This document shows, in pieces, positions 12,901-27,596 of a DNA stretch of 64,000 bases. The notes beneath the pieces are model-generated. The model saw only the letters and a list, made by a program, of their open reading frames with translations, was not told the DNA's origin and made no database searches. Positions within the stretch are counted from its first letter, which is position 1. Each line of letters starts with the position of its first letter. The DNA comes from Tubulanus polymorphus (Eukaryota; Animalia; Nemertea). Location: the NCBI RefSeq assembly GCF_964204645.1, contig NC_134026.1, forward strand, positions 29,794,150-29,858,149, written 5' to 3'. Both the position numbers and the translations under genes were made by a program.

Positions 12901-15900
12901 TCAAATAGATATTTCAGTTTCTCCGAAGCGTGTCCCATTTGAAGGTACGGGTGATGCGTAATAATATCCGACCTTAAACAGATAAAGCAGCAATATTTCA
13001 GTTTATCAGTTAACCATCAGAATATAGGGACACAGTTTTAGGGCATTTCAGGGACTCGTACCTTTGACGACTTAATGTATAGATTTCTCTTTCCACCATC
13101 CCTCGAATAATTGCCAGTTTCTTTCCACATCTGAAATCATTTTGATAAATTTCCCTCATCGATGTTTTCTAATGCGTAGAGTACTGATGTCTATAGGCAG
13201 TAAATGAATAGTTACCTCGTATATAGAAATGCTAATGGTTTATCTCTGGGTCTGTGCTCGAATAGACTGTTACACGGATTACCGGAATTAGGAGTCATAG
13301 TCGACTGTACGAGTAACGCCGTAATACCACGAATAGCGAGTACAACGCACTGAGTTCTCTCAATCTCTTCCTACAATTCATCACTCAACATTTAGCATAC
13401 ATTAAATACCGGTAACACGAAGTCTGAAGCCGAGTATCCGTTCAAATACTACCTCGACTGATAGACGTATCTCCTCTTCGCCGTAGTGGACAGGATTTAT
13501 CACCCCTAATAAACACATCCACGTTTCCTCGAACTGTTGCCGATTCACCCATCCGAGCGTATTAATACGATAAATAAACTCGCGCAGAACTTCTTTCTCT
13601 TGCAGGTAATCTAACGGCAGAGGAGGCAATGCGGTTTTCGAGTCAGGATCAGGGGTAGGTAACCAACCCATACGCCATACGAGCGGAGGAACCCGAGCGT
13701 AACAGTTGACCAGCGGTAGTCGAGCTAAACCTATACATATAATAAACACTGGTCAGATACAGGCAGTAGATTAAATACTTATACGAGTAAAAATTCAAAC
13801 TATACTTTACCAATAATACAATTTCTCAGTGGAGACACCATGAACTGCGGTATTTTATTTTCTCGATGTCTTCCTTCCGTAGATAGATGTACTTTCAAAC
13901 ACTGTACGAGTTCTGATATTTGTCCGCAAGCGTGCAATAAGTAATCCGAATCTAGAAAAAAAAACCGCTTAACTTGAGACGTCGATTCAACTAAACGAGT
14001 GAAACGAATATGCGAAATTCTTTCGATTAGCTACCATCAGTTTGATCATCCTGACTATCCTGACGATTGATTATAACAAGTTTCTCGGTAGGAATTACCA
14101 ACACTGTATAAGAAATACAATAGACATTACAGTTATCTGTTTCAATTACAGCTACTTTTGTGTTTGAGAAATAATAATTCACCTGATGTTAGTAATTGAT
14201 GTACAGCGTTTATAGCTGAACAAACCCAAGTATTATATTCGGGTTGACTCAATAGTGAAGATAGTTGTGTATTCTGTAGAACTAATGACAGACATTGTAT
14301 TGATGTCTGAATCCTGTCCGATGATACAAGTTGGTCGTGCAATAACTTCCAATGTACCAACTGAAATTTACAGCACATTTACAGCATAGTTTTAGAAAAT
14401 TCCAGAGATTTCGTTGCTATCAGTTCTCGAAATCGATGAAATGATTTATGCATACCTCTAATGATAAAACGGAGAATCTGACGATGTCTTTTGCCGGTTC
14501 TGGTTTAATCTCTGCCTCCGAGAACAACAAAGACAACGAGATGAGATACCGAACAAGCGCGCTCAGAATATGAAACAGCGTTTCTTCGCATGACGTTTCG
14601 CAGAACACGTCCTCCATTTTCTCGCGATATCTCAGTTTACGTGAGCTGATATGATCTCGATACGTGATAACCTGATGAGGGTTCGGTATCAGGTTCACGT
14701 GTGTATTGATACGTCGAAACATCGTCAGTTTCGTCGCCTTTAACAATGGATCCATGTATTGTTCTATCGAGACGGCTTGTTGGAATGAAGTAGCGCTGTC
14801 TCGTGATTTATTAATCGTTATCAGTGATTTATGGACACCCAGTGCAACGCAAGACTCCAAAATAGACAAATTAAACTCCTGAAATATAAACAATACACGT
14901 TTTGGATAAAAACATCTATACAGCTCTAAGAATATACAGTAGCTTCACCCAATACAGACTTTTGACTTTTGCCGAAAATGAAAATATTTTCTTATTTCTA
15001 AACTTGTTTTTCCAATTGTTAACTCGGACTTCACCAGTTTGCCCGAGTTGGGCGAGGTTTACTGTATGTACATGTTCGAGGTTTTTACCTTGACAGTAAT
15101 TATTTGATGAATGTCATTATAATCCAATCTTTGAAGTAACATTGCGCATTCTCGAGGTCGCGGAGCGCTGCTGAAACATTGTTCCTTCGTTATAGACATA
15201 AACCATTCCTGAAGGGTTACATCATATATAAGTGTAATCCATGAACGGTATTCATACAACCAGTATTCAAAACTGAAATACTTACCCTGTTTAGGACGAT
15301 ATCGTTTGTACTGGATTGTGTAAGTACGAGAGGATGTGTTTTGTCAGCGGACAGAGTATTTTTACTCTCAGGACATAAAAGATTTCTCATTTTTGTCAGC
15401 AGTGATGAAAGTCTCGGATGTCTTAAGGTAAATGAAGCAATATTTAAACAAACAGGTGTCTGAGCTTGAATATTCAATAACCCGTACAATGATAAATACC
15501 TGATAACTAAACCATTAGACTTCATGAATTGTAGAAGTTTCTCTATATCCTCTAACGGTAGTTGATTATTACTATCCTCAACTTTTTCAGCGAGCAGCAT
15601 TTCAACTCTTCGACACGCGATCGTATCACAGATTCTCGCTACAGCCATGTGTTGAGTATGTAAGAATTTATCGATGAGTAACGTGAGCAGCGTTCCGCTC
15701 TGACTCAGGTGAATCGCTTCTAAACATTGTAACGTTTTCTTCACCATCGACGGCTGAAAATACCGAAAATACATACGATCTTAGTTCTATAGCCAATCTA
15801 ACAACTTAAGACTAGATCTTCATGGAATTTCAGAATCAATCAAAATCAGTTTAGATAGATATTTGCCTAAATAAGGAAAGGAACCGCATTTTCTTTACAA

Positions 15901-18900
15901 CGGTTTCTAAGAAGTTAAAAAATGGTCCGGAAACAACCAGAGAGGAACATACCCGGCCGAGGTTCTCACATCTCGAGTGTATAGCCTGAATGAATAATCC
16001 ACTCGCTGCTGAATTTCTGTGAATAGCGCTGATGAAATCTTGCACCGGAGGTTCGTAAGCCTGAGTTATTAAATCACCGACATGATTTATAATCACCCAA
16101 ATCATATGCTCCGCATCAGTCAAATTCTCACACTGAAAATAACACAATCAGTTCGTGAAAATTTCATTTGATCAATTTCTCATCTTACACATCATAGCGG
16201 ACCCTAAACCCTTACCACATAATCACAAAACAGCATCAGTCCACCTCTACGTACGACTTCTTGAGAACAGCTCAATGTACCGGGTTTCGACGGTTCTGCA
16301 GGTGGATTTGAATGACTGAAACAAAACAGACACGTCTGTCAACTGTGAACGATCATATATGCATTTGAACAGTGAATTATTTAGTTGAATTACCTCGGAC
16401 TGGACATCATATATTTCTGTGGAGTTTGCATGACTCGACTCCACCATTCCTGTTTATCGTAGTTTAACAGTATCAATATATTACACCACTGTAACGTGAA
16501 TGTAGGGTATTTTTCGGACAGCAATAAGAAATATTCATTGATCTGTTCGATGCTGTAGAACGAACACGTCGTCTTCTGACGAATAATACGCATCGTCGCC
16601 GTGGCAACACGTCGAAATTGACCTGCAAAAATCAAATAGGTAAGACTTAGATTGAAATTGTTTGATTTTATGCATGATCTAACAATCTTAACAAATTCTC
16701 CTGACTTCCCCCCGATTTTTAGCTCTTTTATAAAAATTCCTTGATTTTTTCCCCAATTTCCAGGTAAGCGGCCACCCTGAAGTGACTGTCAGTTCATGAG
16801 CGAAAAACCCACAAAGTTATATTACATGATTGTGGTATTTTGCTAATTCTTTTGATATATTGATTACAAACCTGATTGAAACATGTGAGTCATATAGAGT
16901 AATAGATGTGATAACTGTTGCCGTAGGAACATACTGTGTGCCTGTCCCGATAACAAGCAAGTGCATAAACGACTGAGTTCAGATGACACAGCACCAATCA
17001 CCTGCATCAATAATCTATCAATCAAATAAACAACTATTAGTGAAATCAGAAAATGTTAAAATGTCATTTAAATTGAATAAATAGATTTTGTTTCAAAAGT
17101 TTATAAATCTTTTGTCTATTTTCATCCCCCTCAACTGTCTGAGCTACAATCAGAGCATTAATAACAGGTTTGAGGTTTCTTATCATTTGAGAGGACAGAG
17201 AAAACAAACATTCGACTGATAGACTCAGTGACCACCAGGATTCGAACCCATGAACCCTGGATTGAGAAGACTACTGACCACTCAGACCCTGAGTATCTAT
17301 ATGTATTCAATATCGCTATAGTGAATGAATCTAACCTGGCGAGTAAATCCTCTGGTTGTTGACTAGAATCCGACTGTGTTTGAGATTGACAGTCAGTTTG
17401 ATCACGTCGTCCCATGTGAACATCAACCGTACACGAATACAGTTTCACCGATAAATTCAACTCTTGTAAACGTGATAAAACCGTCTCTTCTTTAGACTGA
17501 GATATCAATACTCTTAATATACTCAATACCATACATAACCATTTCTCCAATTGATTCACGCACGACTAGAAAATAAAAATCATTCTCAATTCAATCGAAA
17601 TCATTCTAGAACGACTGATTTTAAATTCCGATATCCGGAACAAAATCTTAGGAACAAAATCGATAATTTTGAAAGATAAGTTAATTACCGAGCACACATT
17701 CAAAATTTTGTTGTGGGTGTTTAATGTTTAAGCAAAACTTACCAAATCATACGGATCAGAGAAAAGAATTTTGAGTATAACATCGACAGGTCTGAAAACA
17801 CTTGGTGCAACTGATTCGAATAAACGATGTAAAACATCCAACGCGAGTTGACTGTCGATGTTTATTTGTTGTTTCGAGAGCATCGGTAAAATGACGTCGG
17901 TGACTTGACGCGAAAGTCTCTTCCATTTGTCTTCACTTTCTCTGTGACACTGATTCAATACGATAATCACTAATTCCAGAACCTTCAAACAATCATAACA
18001 ACATTCATTTTATTGTTTCAAACTCGTCGACCAGAATGATAAAGCGGGTTCGATTATTACAAACGGAGACCGACCTGATAGTAATGTATGAGTCGAAGTA
18101 ACATCGAAACGACGACTTCCCTTTGTGTATCTAAATCTTTACCGGCGTCGATTTTATTCGTTCTCATAATGAACAGATCGTGAACAATCGGTTGAAGAGC
18201 GGGAATCGCTAAAAAACATACAACAAATTACTAACCCTATCACCAACCTGTGGAGAAGATAATTACATTGCAGTGCGGTGTATCAGGGATTTACAGCTAT
18301 ATAACCTCTAAGCGCAATGCGCAGTATTGTTATGGTAAGCGGATGATACATTTTATAGTGGGGGGTACACGCATTAAACAGGGTTAATACAGTACAGAAA
18401 GTTGATGATTGCTGTTTGCTGCTGCTTACCGTGTGTTGTTGGTTGTTGACCACTGGCCATGATCCCGTCACAAAGTTGAATAACTTTAGGCATTCCGATG
18501 ATTGTTTTCGAATGATAACGTTCGTAAGATAGTAGAATCAGAAAGTGGAATATATGCGGGATCAGACTGTCCGAATTTCGGATCTGACCTTCTTCGATAT
18601 ACTCGAACTGCTTGATTACGAATCCGATGAAAATCTAGAAATATAAATCTTCGTGATGAGAAAGTTGTCTACAAAATGAGCGCCTCGTGGGAAGTGCCTC
18701 TTCTTACCTGATCAGAATCGAGTAAACAGTAATTAACGCGTAGTTGCACTAATTGAGCCAGTAAATCTAACACTTGTTCCTGTAATTCTAGCGAACTCGT
18801 AATCGTGTACTGTTTCAATGCTTTAATAACGAGTGGTTCGAACAGACGGATGTACGACGCTATCGAATTCTTATCCGTTTTACTGCCAGGTTTCAATATC

Positions 18901-21900
18901 GCCGGAACTTTACGCTCAGCACGCTTACGAAGCCAACCAATTAAACTGATGAAAGTAGACAAATAATATAAAGGGTGTAAAGGAAGGTTAACCTAGCAGG
19001 GTGGCCAATCTATAGACTTCATTACATCATTATATAACCAGCTGCCTGGTGAACATCTCCAGCCATATAAAATTGATATGTTGGTGATGATTTACTACTT
19101 ACGTTCCGGTATCGTCCTGGTCGACGGATGTTTTGATATTGCACCCGGCTAATGATTGCGTAAACTGTGTGTAAGGCGTCGTAAAACAACTGTGATACAA
19201 TCCCGGTTTCATATTCGACGATAGATGTCCCGGTTTTATCGGTTTTCGTGTCAGCACTGCCATCTGTTGGTCGTCCCACTGACTAGCGAGATTCGTACCG
19301 AATAAAGACTTCAACAACTAAAATAGAAATTACATCATCAATAAATTGCGATGATTTAAAAGCAGAGCAATGAATTCCGACAAGTTTCATTGAACTAGTG
19401 GTTTATTCATGCAGTGAGTGTAGATTTTTTAGAAAATAGTGCCATATAAGAAATAGAATTAATCATTATCATTCATTCATTCAGAAGATGAATAAATGAC
19501 TAGCTTTAAAGATACTTTAAGAACTTTTTTTTTCAACCTTAGCGTGGAATTGTTATATCATTGTTACAATAAATGTGGATAATACCTGCTGTACACAGAG
19601 TACTGTAGATATGGATTCTAATGTAAACGTCACTTTCAGGTAACTGAGGATTTCCTCAACATGGCGCCCGATTTCGGTAAGCGTACCGATCTCCAACAAC
19701 TGCGAAAATACTCGTAAAACAGTCGCCAGAAAACTACCAAATTTATCCGACGATCCAACCTGCAGATCTAATGATATCTACAACACGAATTAATTATCAC
19801 ATTCAGTATTATATATCTAAACATTTCAATCATGACGTTCACACAAACACACATACCTTGTAATTCGAGTAAGCTCCTTTCAGGATATCATAAAGCTTCA
19901 TATAATGAGGGTGGTTGTAAAATGTTCCGATTCCATCCTTTTTGTTCTTTTTGTCTTCTTTGTCATCTTTTTCTGTAATCGCACGATTAAATCGATAATA
20001 AGTTAATGGTTTACGCATAACCAAGTGAATCTAAACTGGGTGATCTCAGCGGTGATACCTGGTTTGCCTTTCTGTACCGGGCGACCCGGACGTTTCATCT
20101 CACCCGCCAGATGTTTACTGCTTTTACTTTTACCGGAGCCATCATCTTTACTTTTAGGTTTTATCTTAATCGGACTGAGAGTTGGATTCGGTAGTGAAGG
20201 TAGGGAGGGTTTAGAGGAGGGCGGTCCGGGTGATTGCTCATCAACTACGTGAGCGCAAACATTCAATACTCTGAAAATACATATGTATCGAGTGTATTCA
20301 CTTAAACTATTCATCATCAATGAGAATCACTGAAATTACTCGGCGAAATACCTAATCAAATGTATAAGAAGTTTATCGGCTACATTAACGAGAGTTCTAT
20401 CACCGAGCACGACCCAGTGGTTGTCACCATCAATATTAGTTTTTGTACTGTCATCCAGAGGAGTCAAACAGCGTAGAGCGGCCCCTAAATTCATAGATCG
20501 TCATTAGCAAGAGCTTTTTCAAAATTGTACGGTAAAAATCGAGATGCCACTAGGGCGAGGCTTACCAGAAAATAGATTACCAGACAAGAGCAGAATATCT
20601 TGGTGAGATGATATATCAAGTGATACCGATGACGACGTTAACAGAGAAATTATCATCGGCAAGTAACCGGTTCCACAGCAACTGATCTGTTCGTTTATAC
20701 TCGTATTCATAGCACCTGACGTCAATGATGGCACACTACAAACGAAAGATCATTAGTTTAAATCTGAAACATCAGTTTGAAGATGATCTATCAATGGCTA
20801 TTAATTCAGTACCTGGGTGCGTTCCCGATAAACGATCGAGTCGAGTATTTTCTCATCGACACATTAGATGGCGCTCTTTCTCTTACAGGCGTCGCTGTCA
20901 TCGGTAAACAGCACCACGCCTCGCTGTAGCGGGTAGTCAGGTATTTTTGTGATAAATGACACAAAGCCCGACAGCAACCAAACTGTGAATGAAAATGATT
21001 ATAACGGATTGAATTCCTGATAACAGGACAGAAAAAGAAGCACATAGAAGACAACGCTTGCCACAGAGACAATTACTCCAATTATCGCGTGGCCTTTCAG
21101 AATTCATTCACTGCCACATAGAAAATTAAACGCCCGTACAAGATCCAGGCCAAGATTTCAGTCTACTGTTATGAAACTTACTGTCATATATTTGGAGGTT
21201 GAACGAATCAGATTTTTCATGATTAAAGAAACCACTCTGGATAAATTCGCTTCGATAGTTGAGGAAAATTTCGAATATGGATTGAAATGAAATGGTTCGA
21301 CGAGGCCATGAACGAGAGCTGGTGGAGATTGAGACCATTCCTCTAATACTGGATCCAAATATTTCTCCGTCTGCTCCTTGGCTATGGCTATAATCGGATC
21401 ATATTGCGGACTGTGAACTGGATAGAACAGTTTAGGTACTAATCTGAAAAATCAATGATACATTGTGAATATGTTTTTATTTTCGGTATTTAGTAAAATC
21501 ACTGAATAAAACATATCCTTCTCACTTGACAATAGATTGCGAAGCAGCATTGCGAACTCTAGCATCGTCATCTCCTAACAACTGCATTATAACGTGTTCT
21601 AACGTTCTCTCTTGAACTCCAATCACCTGAAATAGAAATAAATCATTCCCTAAGTATTACACAATACCTGAATAAATAATGTGAAATCAAAGAAAAACTC
21701 TTACACCAACAAAATGATTGTCCTCTTTGATCAGATTTGAGCATTTCCTCTCCAGGAAGAAAACCACTTTGAAATCTAAACGCGACAATAATTCCAACAA
21801 TTCAACCTGAAAAACAGCGAAAAATAATATTCACAATCAATATTATTGTTACCGTATATTATGTAAACATTATCATCATTATTTATCAAACGAACGAACA

Positions 21901-24900
21901 AACGATATTTCAAATATAAGAATAGATACAAACCTTGACAAGCCAGTAGGGATTATCTTTGAGGGCGAGAAGCGATAGAACCATCGACAGACCGAATTCA
22001 CAATGATTACTGTGTAGAATACTAGGTAAGCACGTATGTAAAGCAGTCATACCGAGACGAGTGGCGACTGATGAATCATCGCGTATTACTGACATTAACT
22101 GATTGACTATATGATGAATAGTCAGCGAACCTGTCAAATACATATGGCAGAATCCCAATGATTGTCAAATTCATGTAGCGGAATCTCAGTGATTGTCAAA
22201 TACATATGGCAGAATCCCAATGATTGTCAAATTCATGTAGCGGAATCCCAATGATTGTCAAATGCATGTAGTATAATCCCAATGATTGTCAAATGCATGT
22301 AGAAGAATCTCAATGATTGTCAAATACATGTAGAAGAATCTCAGTGATAGTCAAATACATGTAGTATAATCCCAATGATTGTCAAATGCATGTAGAAGAA
22401 TCTCAATGATTGTCAAATACATGTAGTAGAATCTCAGTGATTGTCAAATACATGTAGTAGAATCTCAATGATTGTCAAATACATGTAGTAGAATCTCAAT
22501 GATTGTATGTTAAGAAACATGAGAGTTATGTTGTTAAATAGTTTAGCAAGAGACTTACTAGTTGTAACCTGATTCACCGATTTCAACCAAATGTCGTAAT
22601 TGCCCTGGGATTCGAGCATGACAGCGTGTATGAGGTTCCCCAGCAGTAACGCCGTCAATCCTTTTAGTTGAGGATCACAATGATTTGCATAGAGCAATAA
22701 ATCGGTTACTTCTTGGCAAGAATCTATAATGCGATGTTATACTTTTAATAATCAGTTTCTTCAGTAATGCAGGGAGCGATCATTATGTTGACGGACGACT
22801 TATCCAGTATTAGTTTACGAAGTATGAAACATCTTCGGAAATGCTAATTGTGACTCAAAAATTGAGACGACTTAAATAACGCAACAACTTTCTGAGTTTG
22901 ACTGAATTGTGGCACTTACCATCATCGATATCAACGTGTAGTCGCTGGAAAAATGATTTCGGATAAAAACTGACGGCAGATGCCACGCAACCTAACGCTA
23001 ATGCTTTCACGCTAACACGAACAGTTCGATCAGGCATCAATCCGAGTTTAAAACCAGTCAGTAAGAATCTACTCGTCAACAATCGCACGCAATAATTCAC
23101 AGGAATCGTGTGAACATCGGAGAATTCACCGATCGACGAATCACGAATCGGAGTTTGAGTCGGCGACGTTTGACTCGACGCAGGAGTAGCGACATCTAGT
23201 GTCTGAAATGGAAAATATAAAATGCATGGCGAGTTCCAACATATCCTTATTTTCTTAGCCAAGATATCCTCAGAGGGGGCTGTTTCTCCTCGAGAGGTTC
23301 TTTGCGCCACTTGTCACCAACAAAAAGGAGGTTCCTGATTTTCCTAATATCACTTACCTCTAATTCATTTCCATTGATCATATCCTGACTGACTCCTTTT
23401 CTAAGTTGTGGTTTAGGTTGATGAGAAGGGCTGGATTTATCGGTAAGTGTATCAGCGCTGCTGCTCGCTGATAAACCTTCGCGAACCTCTCCTATTACTA
23501 TATCGGAATACGTCGATTCTGACATGATGATACGATTCTCTTCATCACCTGGTAAATCTATAATCTCCGAACTATCCAATTCATCGTCCGCGTTGTTTTC
23601 GGAAATATCGGCGGCGGACTCCGAGGCGGCGTCGCCGAACACGTCATCGGCCATCACGGGACTCGAACGATCAGTCGATCCGGAACCGCTTTTATTGGAC
23701 TGTCGATCGGCGTCGTCGTCGAGACCGGCGTCGTCACCGACAGACGGAACTCGACTCGATTGACCTGAAATAGCTTAAAACAATAAACAAACAGAACAAG
23801 CCGTCAGATTAAACTAATAAACACCAAGCAAAAACTAAACACTTTACTGAGCAAAACCATACTGGATGATTTAACAATATATTCCAAAAGTTTCCAAGTT
23901 TTGACTGAACTTCATCGACAGAGAAATGAAACAAAAAACAGTTTATGTTTGCAACTACCAGTAAATAAAAATAACTAAAGGCATCAGATTGATGGAATTT
24001 TTACTTTTTTTTTCACACCATTACAATTGGCTTCTTTTCACATTTTCGCAATGAAATGCACAATAGCTTAAGCGGATACTAATCACAATCTGGACATATT
24101 AGATATTTTAGCTCCATGGTATAGGGATGTATGGTATCAAAAGGGGAACGAAGCATTTTGACCGGACACTTCTTTTCATATTTTCAAATCAATCTGATTC
24201 CAATCATTGATTAAATCAAAGAAAATAAGCACATCGAAACCCTACAAATTGCGAATTAATTCTCAAATTTTTGTTGAAATTCCGTAACTTACTTAAACGC
24301 CTATTTTCATTGGTGCGCACATCATCCGGATATATACTCGTACAAATAATACTCCCTCTAGTGACTAGAACCTTCACTAAATCAGGTGGTGGCGTACGCA
24401 GGAGTTGTTGAAGAGTTTCCAACGAAGCAGTCACTACATTATGATCAGTATGTCCGCTGTAGTGAAGCAATAATTCATAGATCTACAAAATATCAATGAG
24501 GACACGGTGTGAAAGTCAATCAGGTTTAGAAAACTGCATTTTTCTTCAATTCTCACCTGAATAAATTGTACGGTACCAATCTTCAGTTCTTGTTCATCGG
24601 TCATAACCCCGAAGCTGCCTTTTAAACTGAGATCAGCCTTGTCAGCGGTGACCAGGTGTGGAATTAGATGCCGTAGTGTGAGAAACACGCCCAGTAATAC
24701 ATGTACGTGCACATTCTGATCAGTAACAACCGGTATCAACATATCTATAAAATATTCATTAATCTAAATCCTCTAGTATTTCCAGTAATGAAGACTCCCT
24801 CCAACTCGATCATGGTAAGCATGAATCAACCAGGTGGCGATAGTGTGCATTAGGGAAACGATGACATATTTCTTCTAAGATTCGATTAGAATTTATCCGT

Positions 24901-26833
24901 ATGCTATGAATGACACATGAAAACCTCCAAATACCGGTATAAACCTTCAAAACCAAGGTAAAGTTTATCTAGAGACTGTGTGGATTCATCCAAGTTCTCA
25001 ATTGTCTAATCTGTCTAATTTTTCTATGTGGGAGGCTAAAAATCTAGATGAAATGTAACTGAAAATGAGCTTAATTCTAATCAAGTTATCCCACTGCAAA
25101 GCAATACAAGTCGGATAGCTAGTCAGCATGGATAGGGTTGTCTGAAGATTCTGCTAACTTACCTAATAGTATATTCAACAGCCAGGAGAAGAACTGCATC
25201 GGTTTCCTCGTAAACTGACAGATAAGAGTTAATGAACTAGCCGCAGTTCGTCTCGTACACGCGGAGTTCGAACGCAGATTCGGTAGAAAAGCTTTCAGTA
25301 AAATCTACAAAAATTAACATCAGTTTAATCATCCTATAGCTGTTTACTTCAGGGTTCCTACAGATCAGTCATTTCAGGATTAAAGGAGTTTCGGGCATAT
25401 TGCTCAAATTAAAGGAGTTTGAAGCCCTTTAAAAACATTTTCAGTTTAGGAATTTTCAAGGAATCGAGGTGTCATAGGGACCCTGTACTAAATAAATATG
25501 ACAAAATGTCTTTAATATCACTGACCTTCACTTCTGAATCGTTAGTGAAACCCATCAAAACTGGACAAATACGTTGCATCGTAATCGCTAAAGTTTCCTG
25601 TACAGATTCTTCAGTTCGTCGACAGATTCTCGCTATACACGGCATCAGATTCACTACATACGGCCTATAACACAAATAATAATCATGAAACATTCTATGT
25701 TGTAACGATATTACGCTTAAGATGAAAAATAGAGTCCGAAAATTTTTCCTCGAGCTTGAAATTTATTCATCATTTCGACTATATGCTTCCTGAAAGTGAC
25801 TATAAGGATACAGTTGAAATGTCAGATAAACAACCTTTATCAACTAGCAGCAAATCTACAGGAATTATCTGATAATTACCTGCATTTCTGAGGTCTAATT
25901 AAATGACACATATCCGCAAATCTCCACAAAGCAGCTCGCAGACTCCGTGATGGGCCATTCTTCTTTATCTCTTTATACAGTTCAACTTGAAGACGACCGA
26001 GATTAGTGTCTAACAAAGTCTAGAAATAAATCAAACCCAATCCATCAAATCAGTACGCCGAACCTTTTACTAGTTATTAACTCACCAGAGGAGACTTTTT
26101 CAAGCATTTTTTGAAAATAGGATAAATAGAGCCCAGTTTTATCTAGAACCTGGAGTTAACTGCAAAGTTGAAATTGGGGTATAAATTTGCCCAAGTAGTC
26201 TTAAGATATAAACGGTAAAATAGAGATGTACCTTGATAGTTCTATTCAAACATTCATCGGCAACCATACGAACGTCACTCTCTTTATCATCGCATAACAT
26301 CAGAAACGTTTCCATCGCAATTCCGAGAAATTTCGGAAAATCTGCCAATGAACGTAGATTACTAGCGCATATACTATCAGCTACTACATTACAATTCAAC
26401 GACTTCTCTTTCTTTCCTAAAGGTTGATCTTTTTTCCTGCAATATCAACGAATTATAAACAGTCATATCCAGAGAAGTAGAATAACTACACTCAAATCAA
26501 ACGTGGAGTATAGATTAAAAACCCTCTCTGTACAGATTTATAAGTTTTAAAACCAAGAAATAAAAAATTACAAGGAACATCTAAGAATGATCTTAAGTGA
26601 GAGTTCAAAACGTTGTGTCATTACATCTGTTACATAGTTAAATATCCAGAGAATTTAACGTTGTAATCTGTATTAATGTAAGGTTGTCTGATATAGTTTA
26701 GTTACTGTACTTACTTGATATTAGAAGTAGTCGAACTACTGACTGGAATCTGAGGATCATCAGGTTGTTCTGTACCGGGCTGGAACACCTTCAAAGCCTC
26801 AAACGCCTTTACTAGTTTTTCCAAAGTAGCCAT
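9924..26833 (-). CDS. HTT: Huntingtin, full length, many exons
   Basis: Starts [18 protein letters not shown]. Contains [137 protein letters not shown]; stop at 9924. Confidence 0.97.
10138..10400 (-). other. U12-type (minor spliceosome) GT-AG intron, last intron of HTT
   Basis: Donor GTATCCTTTT at 10400, branch-like TTCCTTGAT at 10160-10152, AG at 10139-10138 without a long pyrimidine tract; joins WLRAL|LPHIV in frame. Confidence 0.85.
14937..15064. mobile_element. Tc1/mariner-like MITE in HTT intron
   Basis: TA|CAGTAG...TTTACTG|TA ends, TA target site. Confidence 0.6.
17215..17290 (-). mobile_element. Degenerate tRNA-derived SINE head in HTT intron
   Basis: Minus strand GGTCTGAGTGGTCAG (A-box-like) ... 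GGGTTCGAATCC (B-box); no intact cloverleaf. Confidence 0.5.
18232..18387. mobile_element. piggyBac-like MITE remnant
   Basis: TAACCCT...AGGGTTAA ends; internal ACATTGCAGTGCGGTGTAT recurs inverted near 57700 in a PPTC7 intron. Confidence 0.45.
22132..22503. repeat. 31-bp minisatellite, 12 copies, at the 3' end of an HTT intron
   Basis: Unit approximately TGTCAAATACATGTAGNAGAATCYCARTGAT, head to tail without spacers. Confidence 0.95.
25350..25485. mobile_element. hAT-like MITE (CAGGGTTC...GACCCTG)
   Basis: TIR-like ends CAGGGTTCCTA / TAGGGACCCTG; related to 47218-47612. Confidence 0.55.
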
Positions 26834-27531
26834 AATATCAGCGGTGAGTGCGCTCGCTGGATAAAGATTAGAATAGCTAACTTAATTACCTATCGTTCAT
26901 CATCCTTGACCTTTTGCTTATACAACAACATTAACCCCTCAAACCTTCCCCAGTCTCTTACCCTTAAACATGTCATACCCTAATTAGATTGGAACTATTA
27001 TGATAAATCTGAATGCAATAGGCCTAATATTAGTGTAGCAGGTGTGAAGGATTTAAACACAGACTAAGACAATTATTTGATAGAGTAAAATATTTAGCAA
27101 TTTATCGTTCTTAAACATTGACACTTATTTGTGATCATACCTCGTCTAATGTAGCATCGCTTCAATAGTATTTCAAACTTGCTTTATTGATATTATAGCT
27201 CAGGATTGATAAACAAGCAATATATTCCTAAATTTTCAGGCGTACATCTTTTTGACATTTATAGGGTGGCAGCACTGTCCGGTGGATTAATTGAATTGAA
27301 TTGGGTTCAAGTAAAACTATGGGTCAAAGTAGTGGCAGCACTGTCTGGTGGGTAAAGGTAAAATAGATGCGTATGCGGGCGGGCAGGCAAGCGCCGGATG
27401 GCCGAATTGACTGCTTCTTTGCCATTCTATCATGATAAAAAGGAAGCTTTCTTTTGCACTTGCCCCAGAAAAAATTCTCGAGAAATGCTCGTCGGCGTCA
27501 AATAAACAATGCTCATGACCCGCACGGAGAG

Positions 27532-27596
27532 ACTCAGTGGCTCAGGTGGTTAAAGACATAACCTAAGGTTTTTCCAGTGATTCCGGGTTCGAATCT
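27532..27596 (+). mobile_element. Degenerate tRNA-derived SINE head or tRNA pseudogene
   Basis: A-box TGGCTCAGGTGG and B-box GGTTCGAATC at tRNA-like spacing; acceptor and anticodon stems do not pair. Confidence 0.5.

Noticed and set aside
22132-22503. 31-bp repeat array as a CRISPR array
   Set aside because: Units are contiguous with no unique spacers, there are no cas genes, and it lies in an animal intron.
22434-22560. Repeat-derived C-terminal part of ORF 22434-22697
   Set aside because: Read-through past the HTT exon donor (about 22558) into the intron and minisatellite.
25802-25811. Second U12-like donor GTATCCTTAT (minus strand) inside an HTT intron
   Set aside because: Not at an exon boundary, no U12 branch site before the next acceptor, and the flanking exons join via a normal U2 donor.
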